61,585 nt of DNA from positions 2,009,492 to 2,071,076 of the forward strand of contig CP070761.1 of NCBI GenBank assembly GCA_020348985.1, given 5' to 3'. Source of the DNA: Candidatus Thorarchaeota archaeon. GTDB taxonomy: Archaea; Asgardarchaeota; Thorarchaeia; Thorarchaeales; Thorarchaeaceae. Below are positions 10,087 through 19,778 of this stretch, piece by piece. Positions within the stretch are counted from its first letter, which is position 1; each line of letters starts with the position of its first letter. Under the pieces are notes generated by a model. That model searched no databases. It saw nothing but the letters and a program-made list of their open reading frames with translations, and was not told the origin of the DNA. The translations under genes and the position numbers were made by a program.

Positions 10087-13000
10087 ATGGCCACCAAACA
10101 GAGAGGTAGCCACCATATCATTCTGTCATTCTTGGTAGCTGTATTCATTCTTACAATGTTCACATCTTTATCTAACAACCTAGAAACACGACTTCTTGAC
10201 TCTGAAGCAAAAGGTGACGACTGTATCCATGAATCGAGGTTGCTCACGGGAAACCCCCATTCCAATATCACTATCGCAAACGATACTGACTTCGCACAAC
10301 AGAAGATTGTCGAGTCCTGGTCTGGTAACGGGTCAGAAGGCAATCCGTATATCATCGAAGGCTACGATATAGACATGGCCTCAGGTCCTGGCAGGTGTAT
10401 AGAGATTAGAAACACGAGGGTTCACTTCATAATTCAGGACTGTTATCTCACTGGTGCGTCACAAACTCAAGGAATTGGGATTTATCTAGAGAACGTGACA
10501 AATGCAGCAATTCTTCGCAACACAGTATCCAACTGCTGGAGGGCAATTCACCTAGCTACTAGCTGGAACATCAACATTGAAGATACGACATGTTCTGCAT
10601 CTGACTTGGCAGTCGCGCTTGTGCTTTCTCATAACAACACCGTTGTAGACAGCGTCATGTCGGATGCCATTCATGGATTACATCTTGACACTTCGCACCA
10701 AAATGAGCTTGATAACAACACGTGCATCAAAAACACAAACGGCATCTACCTAACAAGCAGCAACCTAAACAACATAACCCGGAGCAATTGCACTGGCAAT
10801 ACTGAAGATGGTATCAAATTGGCATCCTCAACTCAGAATCTTCTTTTCAACAACACTTCTTCCAAGAACGAGTGGCATGGTATTGACTTGAGATTCACTG
10901 ATCAAACCATGATAGCGCACAACACTCATAGCTACGCTGTTGAATTCATGGTTGCCGAAGAAGAGCCTCCGACTTGGGACGAGACCCCCGAGGACCAATA
11001 CGTCTATCCATGGACTAGCCTATCTTGGGATCTCAATGCCTCAGATCCAAGTGGGATAGATGCATGGTGGGTCAATGACACTGTCAATTTCGCCATTGAT
11101 GCAAACGGAATTCTGACAAATGCAACAATCCTCACTCATGGCAACTATGGTATACGAGTATTCGTGAATGACACTAATGGCAATATACTGACATACGATT
11201 TGACAGTCTATGTTGACTTGATTGCACCGTACATCCATGCACCAATCACAATCAATGGCGATGCTGACTTTGCATCAATAGCACAGAAAGAAGGATGGCA
11301 GGGCAATGGGTCAATCACGAATCCGTACATAATTGAGAATTGGCACATCAATGTCGTTGGTCTCAGCGTAGATTGCATCGAGATTCGTAACACCAATGCA
11401 TACTTCGTTATCAGATTCTGTCTTCTCGAGGGTGATAAGGTGTGGTTCAGATATGGCGTCGATCTGTTTAATGTGGATAATGGAACGCTTTCAAACAACA
11501 CATTCATTGCACTACATAGAGCCGTACAACTCGAAGCGTCAAGTTATAGCCTGATTGCCAACAACACCTGTCTCAACAGCACATATGGGATTCGTCTTGT
11601 CGATTCGAATGAATGGAATGACATCGTTAACAACACATGTAGAGAGTGCTGGCGAAGTATTGAGTTGTGGACCGGTTCCAACAATAACTATGTTGGAGGC
11701 AACTTCGTCACCAATGGCGAAAGTGAAGGCATCAACGTGGAAGGGTGTTCCTACATCACCATAGAGAGCAACTTTGTAACCAACTGCCTATCTGGAATAA
11801 ACTCGTACAACTCATTTGACATAGAGATTTCCAACAACACGTGTAGTGGCAGTTCAACTGGTATCAATATGGCCGGCTGCGAAAGATTCACAGTTCTGAA
11901 TAACGTCTTGTTTCTGAATAACCGAGGAATATCAGCCTCGCTATCGAACTGGTCTCATTTCACTAACAATTCAATCTCCGATCAATCACAAATGGGAATC
12001 AGCATAGAATCAAACTGCCATCACAACATATTCAGCAACAACACATGCATTAGAAATGAGTATGGAATACGTGTCTGGTATGGTAACTGCGTCAACAACT
12101 CGTTCTATTGGAATGTGCTTGTCAATAGCACAGTAGATGATGCCTACGACGTCGGGACCGATTCTGTTTTTGACTACAACCACTACTCAGATTACTCAGG
12201 AACAGACTTGGATCTTGATTGGATTGGAGACACTTCACATTCAATAGTTGGCGGAGCAGGAACAGTAGACCTTCATCCGCTCATGTACCCACCATTTCCA
12301 TTTGATTGGAATGAAACTCTGGCTGATCAGAATCTCGAGATTGAGTCGCCCCTTCTTGTTGAGCTGGGCACTAACCCACCAGCCCCGATGGGATATTGGT
12401 CGATCAACGACACAGTCCATTTCGCTGTAGACGAATGGGGCGTGATTTCAAACTCCACTCCTCTATCTCTAGGAACCTATGGTGTTGAGGTTGTTGCGTC
12501 GAACATCTACGGTATCCGACTAATAGGAGCATTCAGCATACACGTCGCACCGGGATCTCCACCGAGATGGGTTGAGACTCCAGTCGACCAACTCATTGAG
12601 TACGGAGAAGCACTCCTGTATGACTTGGACGCAACCGATCCTTCTGGAATCGACAGATGGTGGGTCGACGACACCATAAGATTCTCAATTGACTGGCAAG
12701 GAAGGCTTTGTAACGCCACGACTTTGACTCCTGATGACTATGGAGTCGAAATATTCGTCAGTGATATTCATGGGTACACAATCTCCGCAAGAATATTAGT
12801 TCAAGTTAGAGATACGACTCCGCCTGATTGGACAGTATCAATACATGACATTGTCATTACTTATGGCACACCTTTTGAGTATCAGTTTTCAGCTTGGGAT
12901 TTGTCAGGAATAGATGGATGGGAAGTCAATGACACAGCCCGATTTGCAGTTGACGACACGGGACTTGTCACCAACAGAGTCGTACTGCAGGTTGGAGAGT

Positions 13001-13227
13001 ATAATCTCGCAATAACAGTGAGTGATTCATATGGCAACTCCAGAACTGCGATTATTGCATTGTCAGTACAACAGACCGGACCAGGGTTCGCTGACTTGAA
13101 CCAGGTCTTGACACTTGCGATCATAGCTGGGTCAGTAATAGGTGGCGTAATGGCAGTCATGGCCTTTGCTTCCTGGCTCAGCAAAAGAAGAATCGCCCAG
13201 GCAAAGCAGAAACAGAAGGAAGAATAG
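10087..13227 (+). CDS. Cell-surface protein: two NosD/CASH beta-helix domains, four Ig/cadherin-like domains, C-terminal TM
   Basis: GIxL..s.N.i.nN repeats; duplicated WxGNGSxxNPYIIE cap; repeated DPSGIDxWWVxDTxxFxID module; signal peptide; TM then KRR. Confidence 0.88.
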   Translation: MATKQRGSHHIILSFLVAVFILTMFTSLSNNLETRLLDSEAKGDDCIHESRLLTGNPHSNITIANDTDFAQQKIVESWSGNGSEGNPYIIEGYDIDMASGPGRCIEIRNTRVHFIIQDCYLTGASQTQGIGIYLENVTNAAILRNTVSNCWRAIHLATSWNINIEDTTCSASDLAVALVLSHNNTVVDSVMSDAIHGLHLDTSHQNELDNNTCIKNTNGIYLTSSNLNNITRSNCTGNTEDGIKLASSTQNLLFNNTSSKNEWHGIDLRFTDQTMIAHNTHSYAVEFMVAEEEPPTWDETPEDQYVYPWTSLSWDLNASDPSGIDAWWVNDTVNFAIDANGILTNATILTHGNYGIRVFVNDTNGNILTYDLTVYVDLIAPYIHAPITINGDADFASIAQKEGWQGNGSITNPYIIENWHINVVGLSVDCIEIRNTNAYFVIRFCLLEGDKVWFRYGVDLFNVDNGTLSNNTFIALHRAVQLEASSYSLIANNTCLNSTYGIRLVDSNEWNDIVNNTCRECWRSIELWTGSNNNYVGGNFVTNGESEGINVEGCSYITIESNFVTNCLSGINSYNSFDIEISNNTCSGSSTGINMAGCERFTVLNNVLFLNNRGISASLSNWSHFTNNSISDQSQMGISIESNCHHNIFSNNTCIRNEYGIRVWYGNCVNNSFYWNVLVNSTVDDAYDVGTDSVFDYNHYSDYSGTDLDLDWIGDTSHSIVGGAGTVDLHPLMYPPFPFDWNETLADQNLEIESPLLVELGTNPPAPMGYWSINDTVHFAVDEWGVISNSTPLSLGTYGVEVVASNIYGIRLIGAFSIHVAPGSPPRWVETPVDQLIEYGEALLYDLDATDPSGIDRWWVDDTIRFSIDWQGRLCNATTLTPDDYGVEIFVSDIHGYTISARILVQVRDTTPPDWTVSIHDIVITYGTPFEYQFSAWDLSGIDGWEVNDTARFAVDDTGLVTNRVVLQVGEYNLAITVSDSYGNSRTAIIALSVQQTGPGFADLNQVLTLAIIAGSVIGGVMAVMAFASWLSKRRIAQAKQKQKEE

Positions 13228-13330
13228 GACATGAGTGTCAGAGACCTTCTTGACGAGTTCCTTGAAGATTGAACACCAAAAGCAGATACTATCGAAACAA
13301 TAATCTAGTGCCCTGACACCGTATCTGGCT

Positions 13331-13696
13331 ATGACCGAAATACCGATGGCGGACCCTGGCGTCGCGGCAGGGGAAAGGCCCAGAGAAGTCACGTACGCTG
13401 CATTCATCGTGTTTCTTGACGCAATTGCTGGACTCGTTTCCGGAGCAATCAGCTACATGATTTGGGAAGACTGGACAGCTGGTATTGGGGTTATTCTTGC
13501 TCTGATTGCCTTCTGGTTGTACTTCCAGATACTGAAGCAGGACAACCAGGCATGGACACTAGCTGTAATATTCAACATTGCTGCAATCTTTCTGTATGCG
13601 TCTGGAGGAATAGTCAACAACTCGGCAGGAATCCTACTCAGCATCATATCTGTGATCTATCTGAACTTGCCAGATGTCAGAAAGCACTTCCAGTGA
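13331..13696 (+). CDS. Small 4-TM membrane protein
   Basis: Four hydrophobic helices; RP..V N-terminal and YLNLPDVRKHF C-terminal motifs. Confidence 0.75.
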   Translation: MTEIPMADPGVAAGERPREVTYAAFIVFLDAIAGLVSGAISYMIWEDWTAGIGVILALIAFWLYFQILKQDNQAWTLAVIFNIAAIFLYASGGIVNNSAGILLSIISVIYLNLPDVRKHFQ

Positions 13697-13702
13697 TTTG
13701 TA

Positions 13703-14575
13703 TCAAAGATTCATCTCGTGAAGAGCATACTCGCGTCCGGAGTATTCTTCCGGTACTATCATGAGGGCCGGAGCCCATTCCGTAGCGTTGGGCCCTAGGA
13801 AGAAAACGGCCCTCTCTATTTCAGATAATTCCAAATCGTCAAGGATTCTGGCCATGACATCTACGAACATGGACCTGCTGAGGCTGAAAACGGAATAGAT
13901 CGCTGAAGTTCTCCCATCTCTCTCCCTTTGCAGAAAGTAATAGAGGCTTTCCACTATCCCCTTTTCATCTATCATCAGCATGAACTCTGAAGTCTCGCCA
14001 ATCTTTTGGATGCCTTCGATATTCTTTCGTTCAAACTGCCAAGCACTCGGAAGTGTGTTTGCTTCTACGAGACTTGGATTCTTCCTCAGGACATCCAGGA
14101 GTCGGGCTGCATCAACCTTCAAAGGTCGAAGATTAGGACTCGGGGTGGGGTGTGGGGGAAACGGACGAGTCAGCTGGAAGTAACCAACTCTGTTGACCTC
14201 TCTGAATCCCAAGGACCTCGCCAGATGCATTGAAGCGACATTTCGGCTTCCAGTGGCGTACCATAGCGTCTTGACAGATTCACGCCTTGCAGTCTCTATC
14301 AGATTCTTGGTTATTGTAGAGCCATAATGTCGCCTCTGGTGTTTTAGTGAAACCCTCAGACCCCTTACCCATGCGTCCGAAGTGTCCTTCATAAGTTGCA
14401 ACGCACCAAAGCCAATCAATTCACTTTCAATGAACAGGCCAAGTAGATGCCAGCATTCATCCTTAGTCCAGTCTTCGAAAAGAAATGGAACGTAATCTTC
14501 ATCCCACACCGTTCTTGAGACTCTATTTACGGCATCAGCATCATCAATTGTTAGCTTTCGGAGCTCAACGGTCAT
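13703..14575 (-). CDS. GNAT-family N-acetyltransferase with C-terminal extension
   Basis: LRVSLKHQRRHYGS (motif A), NVASMHLARSLGF (motif B). Confidence 0.85.
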   Translation of the reverse strand: MTVELRKLTIDDADAVNRVSRTVWDEDYVPFLFEDWTKDECWHLLGLFIESELIGFGALQLMKDTSDAWVRGLRVSLKHQRRHYGSTITKNLIETARRESVKTLWYATGSRNVASMHLARSLGFREVNRVGYFQLTRPFPPHPTPSPNLRPLKVDAARLLDVLRKNPSLVEANTLPSAWQFERKNIEGIQKIGETSEFMLMIDEKGIVESLYYFLQRERDGRTSAIYSVFSLSRSMFVDVMARILDDLELSEIERAVFFLGPNATEWAPALMIVPEEYSGREYALHEMNL

Positions 14576-14618
14576 AGGCTTGCGTCAGTACGACTTCTTT
14601 ATGAATCGTGTGTAATGC

Positions 14619-14645
14619 AAAAAGATGTCCTCCGGAAGGGACATC
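14619..14645 (-). terminator. Hairpin + U-tract at the methyltransferase stop codon
   Basis: Minus strand GATGTCC-CTTCCGGA-GGACATC-TTTTT, overlapping the TGA. Confidence 0.5.
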
Positions 14646-15477
14646 ATTGCTTCTGGAAAACCAGACAATAGTGATGGTGAACGTTGGACACGTATGTCGT
14701 AGGGTATCCCCAGCATCCCAAACGCTTGTTATCTTGGCACCAAATCTGCTCTTGCTTCAACAAGAAAGTCCTAGATAGTCGTGCAGCCAAGTCCCATGCT
14801 ATAGGCCGCATTGTGCCGTCTACATCTCTCATGTTCTGCGCGACCACAACAATGTATTTGCCTTGCTCAACGAAGGAACCTGCTTCTTCTAGTATTTGTG
14901 AGACTGCTTCTATGTATCTGGAGTACTGCCCAATGTTTCCGAGGTCCTGATGTGATTCGCTATAGTACTGCTTCAGACCACTCGACTTCCGATCTTTGTG
15001 AACCGAATCATTTCCTCCACGAGACTTCCTCAACATATTCCAGTACGGCGGGGATGTCATGAGGAAATCGAACATGGGCGGATTTCCTTCAAAATAGGTC
15101 TCCAAGAGCTCGGTGATACACGTTGAATCTCCTACAATGATTTCGTAGAATCCTTCGCCGTCTATCTCTCGAAGTGCCTGTTGAGCCACTGAAACAAAAT
15201 CGGGATCAAGCTCAACTCCAACCGAGTTTCGGCTCAGCAGCTTGGAAGCAACCAAAGTGCTTCCTACCCCTGCAAATGGGTCCAAAACCCAGCCGCCAGG
15301 TTTTGTGAAGAATTCTAGAAACCTCTCTACCAATTCCTCGGGGTACTTGGCTGGATGGCTCAACTGGTCTGCATTCCTACGTCTAGGATTGATGACAAAC
15401 CACGACTTCGTCCGCTTGACCCACTCTTTCCCGTCTAACGTGTTTAGCCGCCTGTCTTGAACTTCAAGAGAAGTCAA
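14644..15477 (-). CDS. Amino (N4-C/N6-A) DNA methyltransferase, orphan
   Basis: HPAKYP, VLDPFAGVGST (motif I), GVELD, TSPPYW (motif IV). Confidence 0.88.
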   Translation of the reverse strand: MTSLEVQDRRLNTLDGKEWVKRTKSWFVINPRRRNADQLSHPAKYPEELVERFLEFFTKPGGWVLDPFAGVGSTLVASKLLSRNSVGVELDPDFVSVAQQALREIDGEGFYEIIVGDSTCITELLETYFEGNPPMFDFLMTSPPYWNMLRKSRGGNDSVHKDRKSSGLKQYYSESHQDLGNIGQYSRYIEAVSQILEEAGSFVEQGKYIVVVAQNMRDVDGTMRPIAWDLAARLSRTFLLKQEQIWCQDNKRLGCWGYPTTYVSNVHHHYCLVFQKQ

Positions 15478-15562
15478 ATCTCACACCAAGAAAGGCCGAA
15501 ACTAGTCTTGATTCATAAGTCTACTCAGATGAACTGCAATCACACCAAATTGGGCGCCTTAT

Positions 15563-17188
15563 TCAGTAGCGTTCCATAATGATGTCAAGTGCTATGTTGT
15601 CTGCGTGGTCGCCAATTCTTTCGAGGTTGCGAAGGGTCTCAACAAAGAATGTGTCCGCTTCAGGTCGGCATATACCCTTCGCGACACGTCTCACGTGTGC
15701 TTCCTTCAAGGCTCGCTCTAGCTGATCAATGTCATCTTCAAGTTGCTCGGCAGCTCTAGCAAGGTCCTTGTTCTTTGTTGTCATTGCATTTACGGCAGTT
15801 ATGTACGTCTCAGCCACGAGATCGAATATCTGCTCCAAGTCGGTTTGAGCAGTCTCTGAGAAATCAATCTTCTTCTCTGTCAATTCCACTGCAAATTCAG
15901 CCATGTTCGTCGTGAGGTCGCCAACTCTCTCGATGTCAGTAAGAATGTGCAAGAGCTTGAACCTCCATATCGTATCTTGTTGATTTAGCTCCTCCTCTCG
16001 AATCTTATCTATGAACGTCTCCGTTGCTCTACAGCTGTCGTCCACTTCATCTTCAAGTTGAAGCACGCGCTTTGCAGATTCCAAGTTTCTTTGGAGAAGT
16101 GCGTCTCTACTAAGGTCAATCATCTCAACTGTAATCTCAGCAGTCCGAATGATTTCATTCTCTGCTTCCAGTAGAGCAACTTGGGGCATGTGAAGCATCT
16201 CATCATCAAACATGTGTTGACCAATTTTCTCGCCTTCCTTGTCTGGGATGATTCTCTCACAGAATCTCACAAGCACCCCTACAAGTGGAACGAAAATGAG
16301 ACTAACCAGGACATTGAAGATTGTGTGAGCGTTGGCTATTTGGCGCGCCAAATCTACGTCTGTAGACACTATCAGGCTTGTGAATGGACCCAGGATCGGA
16401 AGGAACATGAGAACGCCCAAGACATTGATGAGCGCCTGAGCCAATGCGGTCCTCTTTGCGGGAGTTGTAGCACCTATTGCTGCGAATATCTCAAGAAATG
16501 TTGTGCCGATATTGGCACCCATGACCAACGCAATGGCAGGGGATAGGTCAATCACGCCGCTCATTCCCATTGCTATGACGAGGCTTGTTGTCGCAGAGCT
16601 GCTCTGTGTGACACCCGCAATGAATGCACCAATCAGGATTCCGACGATAGGAATTGCTCCATAATCATTGATCAAATCCCGGAAGAATGGATAGTCGGTT
16701 GCGAGGGGCCTGGCACCGGCCTTCATGAAGTCCATTGCGAGAAATAGCAGTCCAAGACTGAATATGACCTTCCCAGTAAGTTGGACCTTCTCATCTTTCC
16801 AAAACATTGGAACAAAGAAGCCAATGGCGATTAGGAGCCAGTAGAACTGTGATTCAATCTTGAAAGAAACTAACTGTGCTGTAAGTGTTGTGCCGATTTC
16901 GGATCCAAGCATCACGTTTACCGATTGTCGAAATGTCATTATTCCTGCATTGACAAATCCTATGAGAGTCAAGACAGTTATACTAGAACTCTGCGTCATG
17001 AATGTCGTAGCAGTGCCTACACCCATGCCTCGTACAGGACTGTCAGTGGTCTTCTCGAGAATCTTTGCGACTCGCTTTCCTGAGATCTTGCCCAGCGTTT
17101 CTCGAAGAAGCGTAATCGCATACATGAAAAGACCGAGACCTCCAATGAGGCTGAATATGATTTCAAGCTCGGTCGTCTGCATCAGCAA
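15563..17188 (-). CDS. Na+/phosphate cotransporter (NptA/PNaS) with PhoU domains
   Basis: GGLGLFM, two QSSS repeats, GSEIGTT/GANIGTT, ANAHTIFN; PhoU-type DIERVGD and NLERIGDH. Confidence 0.93.
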   Translation of the reverse strand: MLMQTTELEIIFSLIGGLGLFMYAITLLRETLGKISGKRVAKILEKTTDSPVRGMGVGTATTFMTQSSSITVLTLIGFVNAGIMTFRQSVNVMLGSEIGTTLTAQLVSFKIESQFYWLLIAIGFFVPMFWKDEKVQLTGKVIFSLGLLFLAMDFMKAGARPLATDYPFFRDLINDYGAIPIVGILIGAFIAGVTQSSSATTSLVIAMGMSGVIDLSPAIALVMGANIGTTFLEIFAAIGATTPAKRTALAQALINVLGVLMFLPILGPFTSLIVSTDVDLARQIANAHTIFNVLVSLIFVPLVGVLVRFCERIIPDKEGEKIGQHMFDDEMLHMPQVALLEAENEIIRTAEITVEMIDLSRDALLQRNLESAKRVLQLEDEVDDSCRATETFIDKIREEELNQQDTIWRFKLLHILTDIERVGDLTTNMAEFAVELTEKKIDFSETAQTDLEQIFDLVAETYITAVNAMTTKNKDLARAAEQLEDDIDQLERALKEAHVRRVAKGICRPEADTFFVETLRNLERIGDHADNIALDIIMERY

Positions 17189-17287
17189 CAGGTCACGGCC
17201 TATGCGTCCGCCTAAAGAAGTTTTCCGGACATTCCATTCTATTATTGAGTGTCAGTCATGTTGAGGACGAGGCATGAGTACGTAACA

Positions 17288-17812
17288 TTAGCGGCTTCGA
17301 GTCCTCATCTGTATCTCATCCACCAGTTCGGTGAAAGCCTCGTCTACGTTCTCATTTTCAGTTGCACTAGTACGAATCAGATCGAGATTACGCACTTCTG
17401 CAAGTCCGTCTAGCTGAGCGTCAGTTATTACTGGCTGCAAGTCAATCTTGTTGGCAATCAGGATCACGGGAACTTCCCCGGCAGCAGAGAACAACGAATT
17501 CAACCAATTGTCTATGTTCGCTAGTGTTTCCGGTCTTGTGATATCCACCACCAAGAATGCCCCAGCGGCGTTCGCGCAGTATTGCTCTCTTAATGCTGCA
17601 AAAGACTCCTGTCCACCAAGGTCCCAAATTACAAGCTTGATCGTCTCATCTTGGTGTTTCATTACCTTCACGTGAAGCATGGCACCGATTGTACGTGCAG
17701 TCTGAGGCGAGAGACTATCGTAGACATATCGTTCCACAAGAGAGGTTTTGCCAACCATACTGTCCCCTAGAAAAACTACTTTGTGGACGAAATCTGGTGC
17801 CGTTACTGCCAA
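17288..17812 (-). CDS. Ras-superfamily small GTPase, Rab-like
   Basis: G1 GDSMVGKT, G2 TIG, G3 WDLGGQE, G4 NKID, G5 TSAT. Confidence 0.93.
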   Translation of the reverse strand: MAVTAPDFVHKVVFLGDSMVGKTSLVERYVYDSLSPQTARTIGAMLHVKVMKHQDETIKLVIWDLGGQESFAALREQYCANAAGAFLVVDITRPETLANIDNWLNSLFSAAGEVPVILIANKIDLQPVITDAQLDGLAEVRNLDLIRTSATENENVDEAFTELVDEIQMRTRSR

Positions 17813-17866
17813 CTTACCTCATTCTCTAAGTACCCTTTCTACGCTTTAAGATGTTCTATTCTGTGT

Positions 17867-18433
17867 CTAGATTGCGCTCGGATTTCTTCTTCTGGATCTC
17901 TCAAGTATCTGGCGGGTTATTTCAGTGAATGCTTCTTCCACATTGACATCGTCCTTCGCGCTGGTCCGCACGTGTTGTATTTTGTGTTTCTTCGCTATTT
18001 CAGCAACCGACTTCTGATCTAGCCTGCTTTCAAGATCACATTTGTTCTCCAGCAGCACGAGCGGAATCTCTTTCGTGACGTCAAACAGAGCCCTAATCCA
18101 GTCATTGGCACGTTCCAAGGTTTCGGGTCTGGTGGTGTCAAAAACTAGGAATGCCCCAGCCGCGTTCTGATAGTAGGCCTTTCTCAGCTGCGCAAAGTCA
18201 TCCTGTCCAGCTATGTCCCAAACAACAAGTTTCACGACAGTATCATCGACTGTGACCATCTTCACGTGGATGTCTGTACCAATTGTGGCCAAGTAGTCGC
18301 CCTCAAAGCTATCGTATACGTATCTGCCAACAAGGCTTGTCTTTCCGACGGCGCCTTCGCCAAGGAAGACCAGCTTGAAGAGGTATGCGACACCTTCAGG
18401 CAGGAAATTCACACTCCGCAGGTCACTGACCAC
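17867..18433 (-). CDS. Ras-superfamily small GTPase, Rab-like
   Basis: FKLVFLGEGAVGKT, YLATIG, WDIAGQD, YYQNA, NKCD, TSAK. Confidence 0.95.
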   Translation of the reverse strand: MVSDLRSVNFLPEGVAYLFKLVFLGEGAVGKTSLVGRYVYDSFEGDYLATIGTDIHVKMVTVDDTVVKLVVWDIAGQDDFAQLRKAYYQNAAGAFLVFDTTRPETLERANDWIRALFDVTKEIPLVLLENKCDLESRLDQKSVAEIAKKHKIQHVRTSAKDDVNVEEAFTEITRQILERSRRRNPSAI

Positions 18434-18478
18434 TCTCGATGGTTGCGCGTCTAATAATCCTATCGCCCATCTCTACTC

Positions 18479-19600
18479 CTATTGCTTCTGATAAGCAAAA
18501 AGAGAATCCATTGAGGAGACAACCGACTCAATCAAGTTGGCCTGAACAAGCAGCGCTCGGCATTGTGTATCAATCTGGTCCCAAGTCGACTTGAAGTCTT
18601 GTTCACTAGGGAGATCAGGGAAACGCCGCATCAGTGCAACATGAAGGTCAAGACACTTGGGAAAGGCACCTATTGTTTCTACTGCGTCGGCGATATGATC
18701 TTCGTAGACATCTGCAAGGCGCGCGAGAGTCGAGTGGTTCTCCGCTATTAGCTCTTGATACTTGACAATGAGTGGATGAGAACGAAAATCAGGACTTAAC
18801 GACCAGGAGCTCTTGACAAGAGGCTCCTTCTTTCTTGCAAGAAATGAACGAGGATAGCTCACTATGTCACGCATGATATCCCATTGACGATTCGCTTCTC
18901 GCTTAACGGCAGCTGATACAACACTTAGACTGACTATGTACTCCTTCATTACCTCTAGAAGTCCTGAATCAGTCCTTAGCTTTCTGGCGGCTCTAGTCAT
19001 TTCAAACTCGAGGTCTTCACCAAATCCTTCGCTTGCCGCAATCCTTTCGAGAATTGACTTCGAAGCATTCCCGACCTCTACAAGATTTGAGGGTGGGAGG
19101 GTCTGCTCAAGGGAATCAAGTGCAAGGTACTTCAGATCAATGTGTTCGTGGACACTCCGGATAATCTCCCATTGGACAGACTCCAGGGCTTTCTTGAAAG
19201 GCTCGGGGTTATTGAATCTCGAGATAGTCTGCTCAATTGAGTCTTCTCCTTTGCTCGAGCTTAGTCCGAAGAGTGTGTTCATCAGAACACTTAGCATGAC
19301 ACGATATCTGCCGCCCCCCAAGGAGACAAGAACACTCGAATCCTCGAACTCCTTCATTACGTCTACGGTCTCTGAACGCAGGATGCTAATCGGGGGCAGT
19401 GTTAGTTCGATTTCGAACCTTAGTGGTAGTAGATCGCCTGCAACATGATCTTGTGCCATTTTGTCAATGATTTGCGATATGGCACATAATCTTCCTATTT
19501 GTGATATCACAGCCCTCAACGGTTCTAATTGGACTCCTCCTTCATCCAGAAGATCTTGTACAACAGATCTGTCAGAAAAGAATGCCCGTGAATATATCAT
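18479..19600 (-). CDS. Hypothetical alpha-helical protein
   Basis: 373-aa ORF with Leu/Glu-rich helical composition; co-oriented with and 45 nt upstream of the GTPase pair. Confidence 0.7.
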   Translation of the reverse strand: MIYSRAFFSDRSVVQDLLDEGGVQLEPLRAVISQIGRLCAISQIIDKMAQDHVAGDLLPLRFEIELTLPPISILRSETVDVMKEFEDSSVLVSLGGGRYRVMLSVLMNTLFGLSSSKGEDSIEQTISRFNNPEPFKKALESVQWEIIRSVHEHIDLKYLALDSLEQTLPPSNLVEVGNASKSILERIAASEGFGEDLEFEMTRAARKLRTDSGLLEVMKEYIVSLSVVSAAVKREANRQWDIMRDIVSYPRSFLARKKEPLVKSSWSLSPDFRSHPLIVKYQELIAENHSTLARLADVYEDHIADAVETIGAFPKCLDLHVALMRRFPDLPSEQDFKSTWDQIDTQCRALLVQANLIESVVSSMDSLFAYQKQ

Positions 19601-19778
19601 AAATGCAATCTCCCAAGAGCTGATTGCCTGACGTCAGACGTTCGAAGGGAATCAACTACAGACAACTAGGTCACGACTGGATGCTTCTGCCTTATCTTAC
19701 TATTCCGCATGAAAGGAACGGTCTCTTGGCTCACAACCAAAACTCAGAAAAGACGCGGACTATCGGGTCTCACTGGGT

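Noticed and set aside
13703-15477. Restriction-modification or toxin-antitoxin defence locus (MTase + GNAT)
   Set aside because: No nuclease, antitoxin or mobility gene; the context is housekeeping
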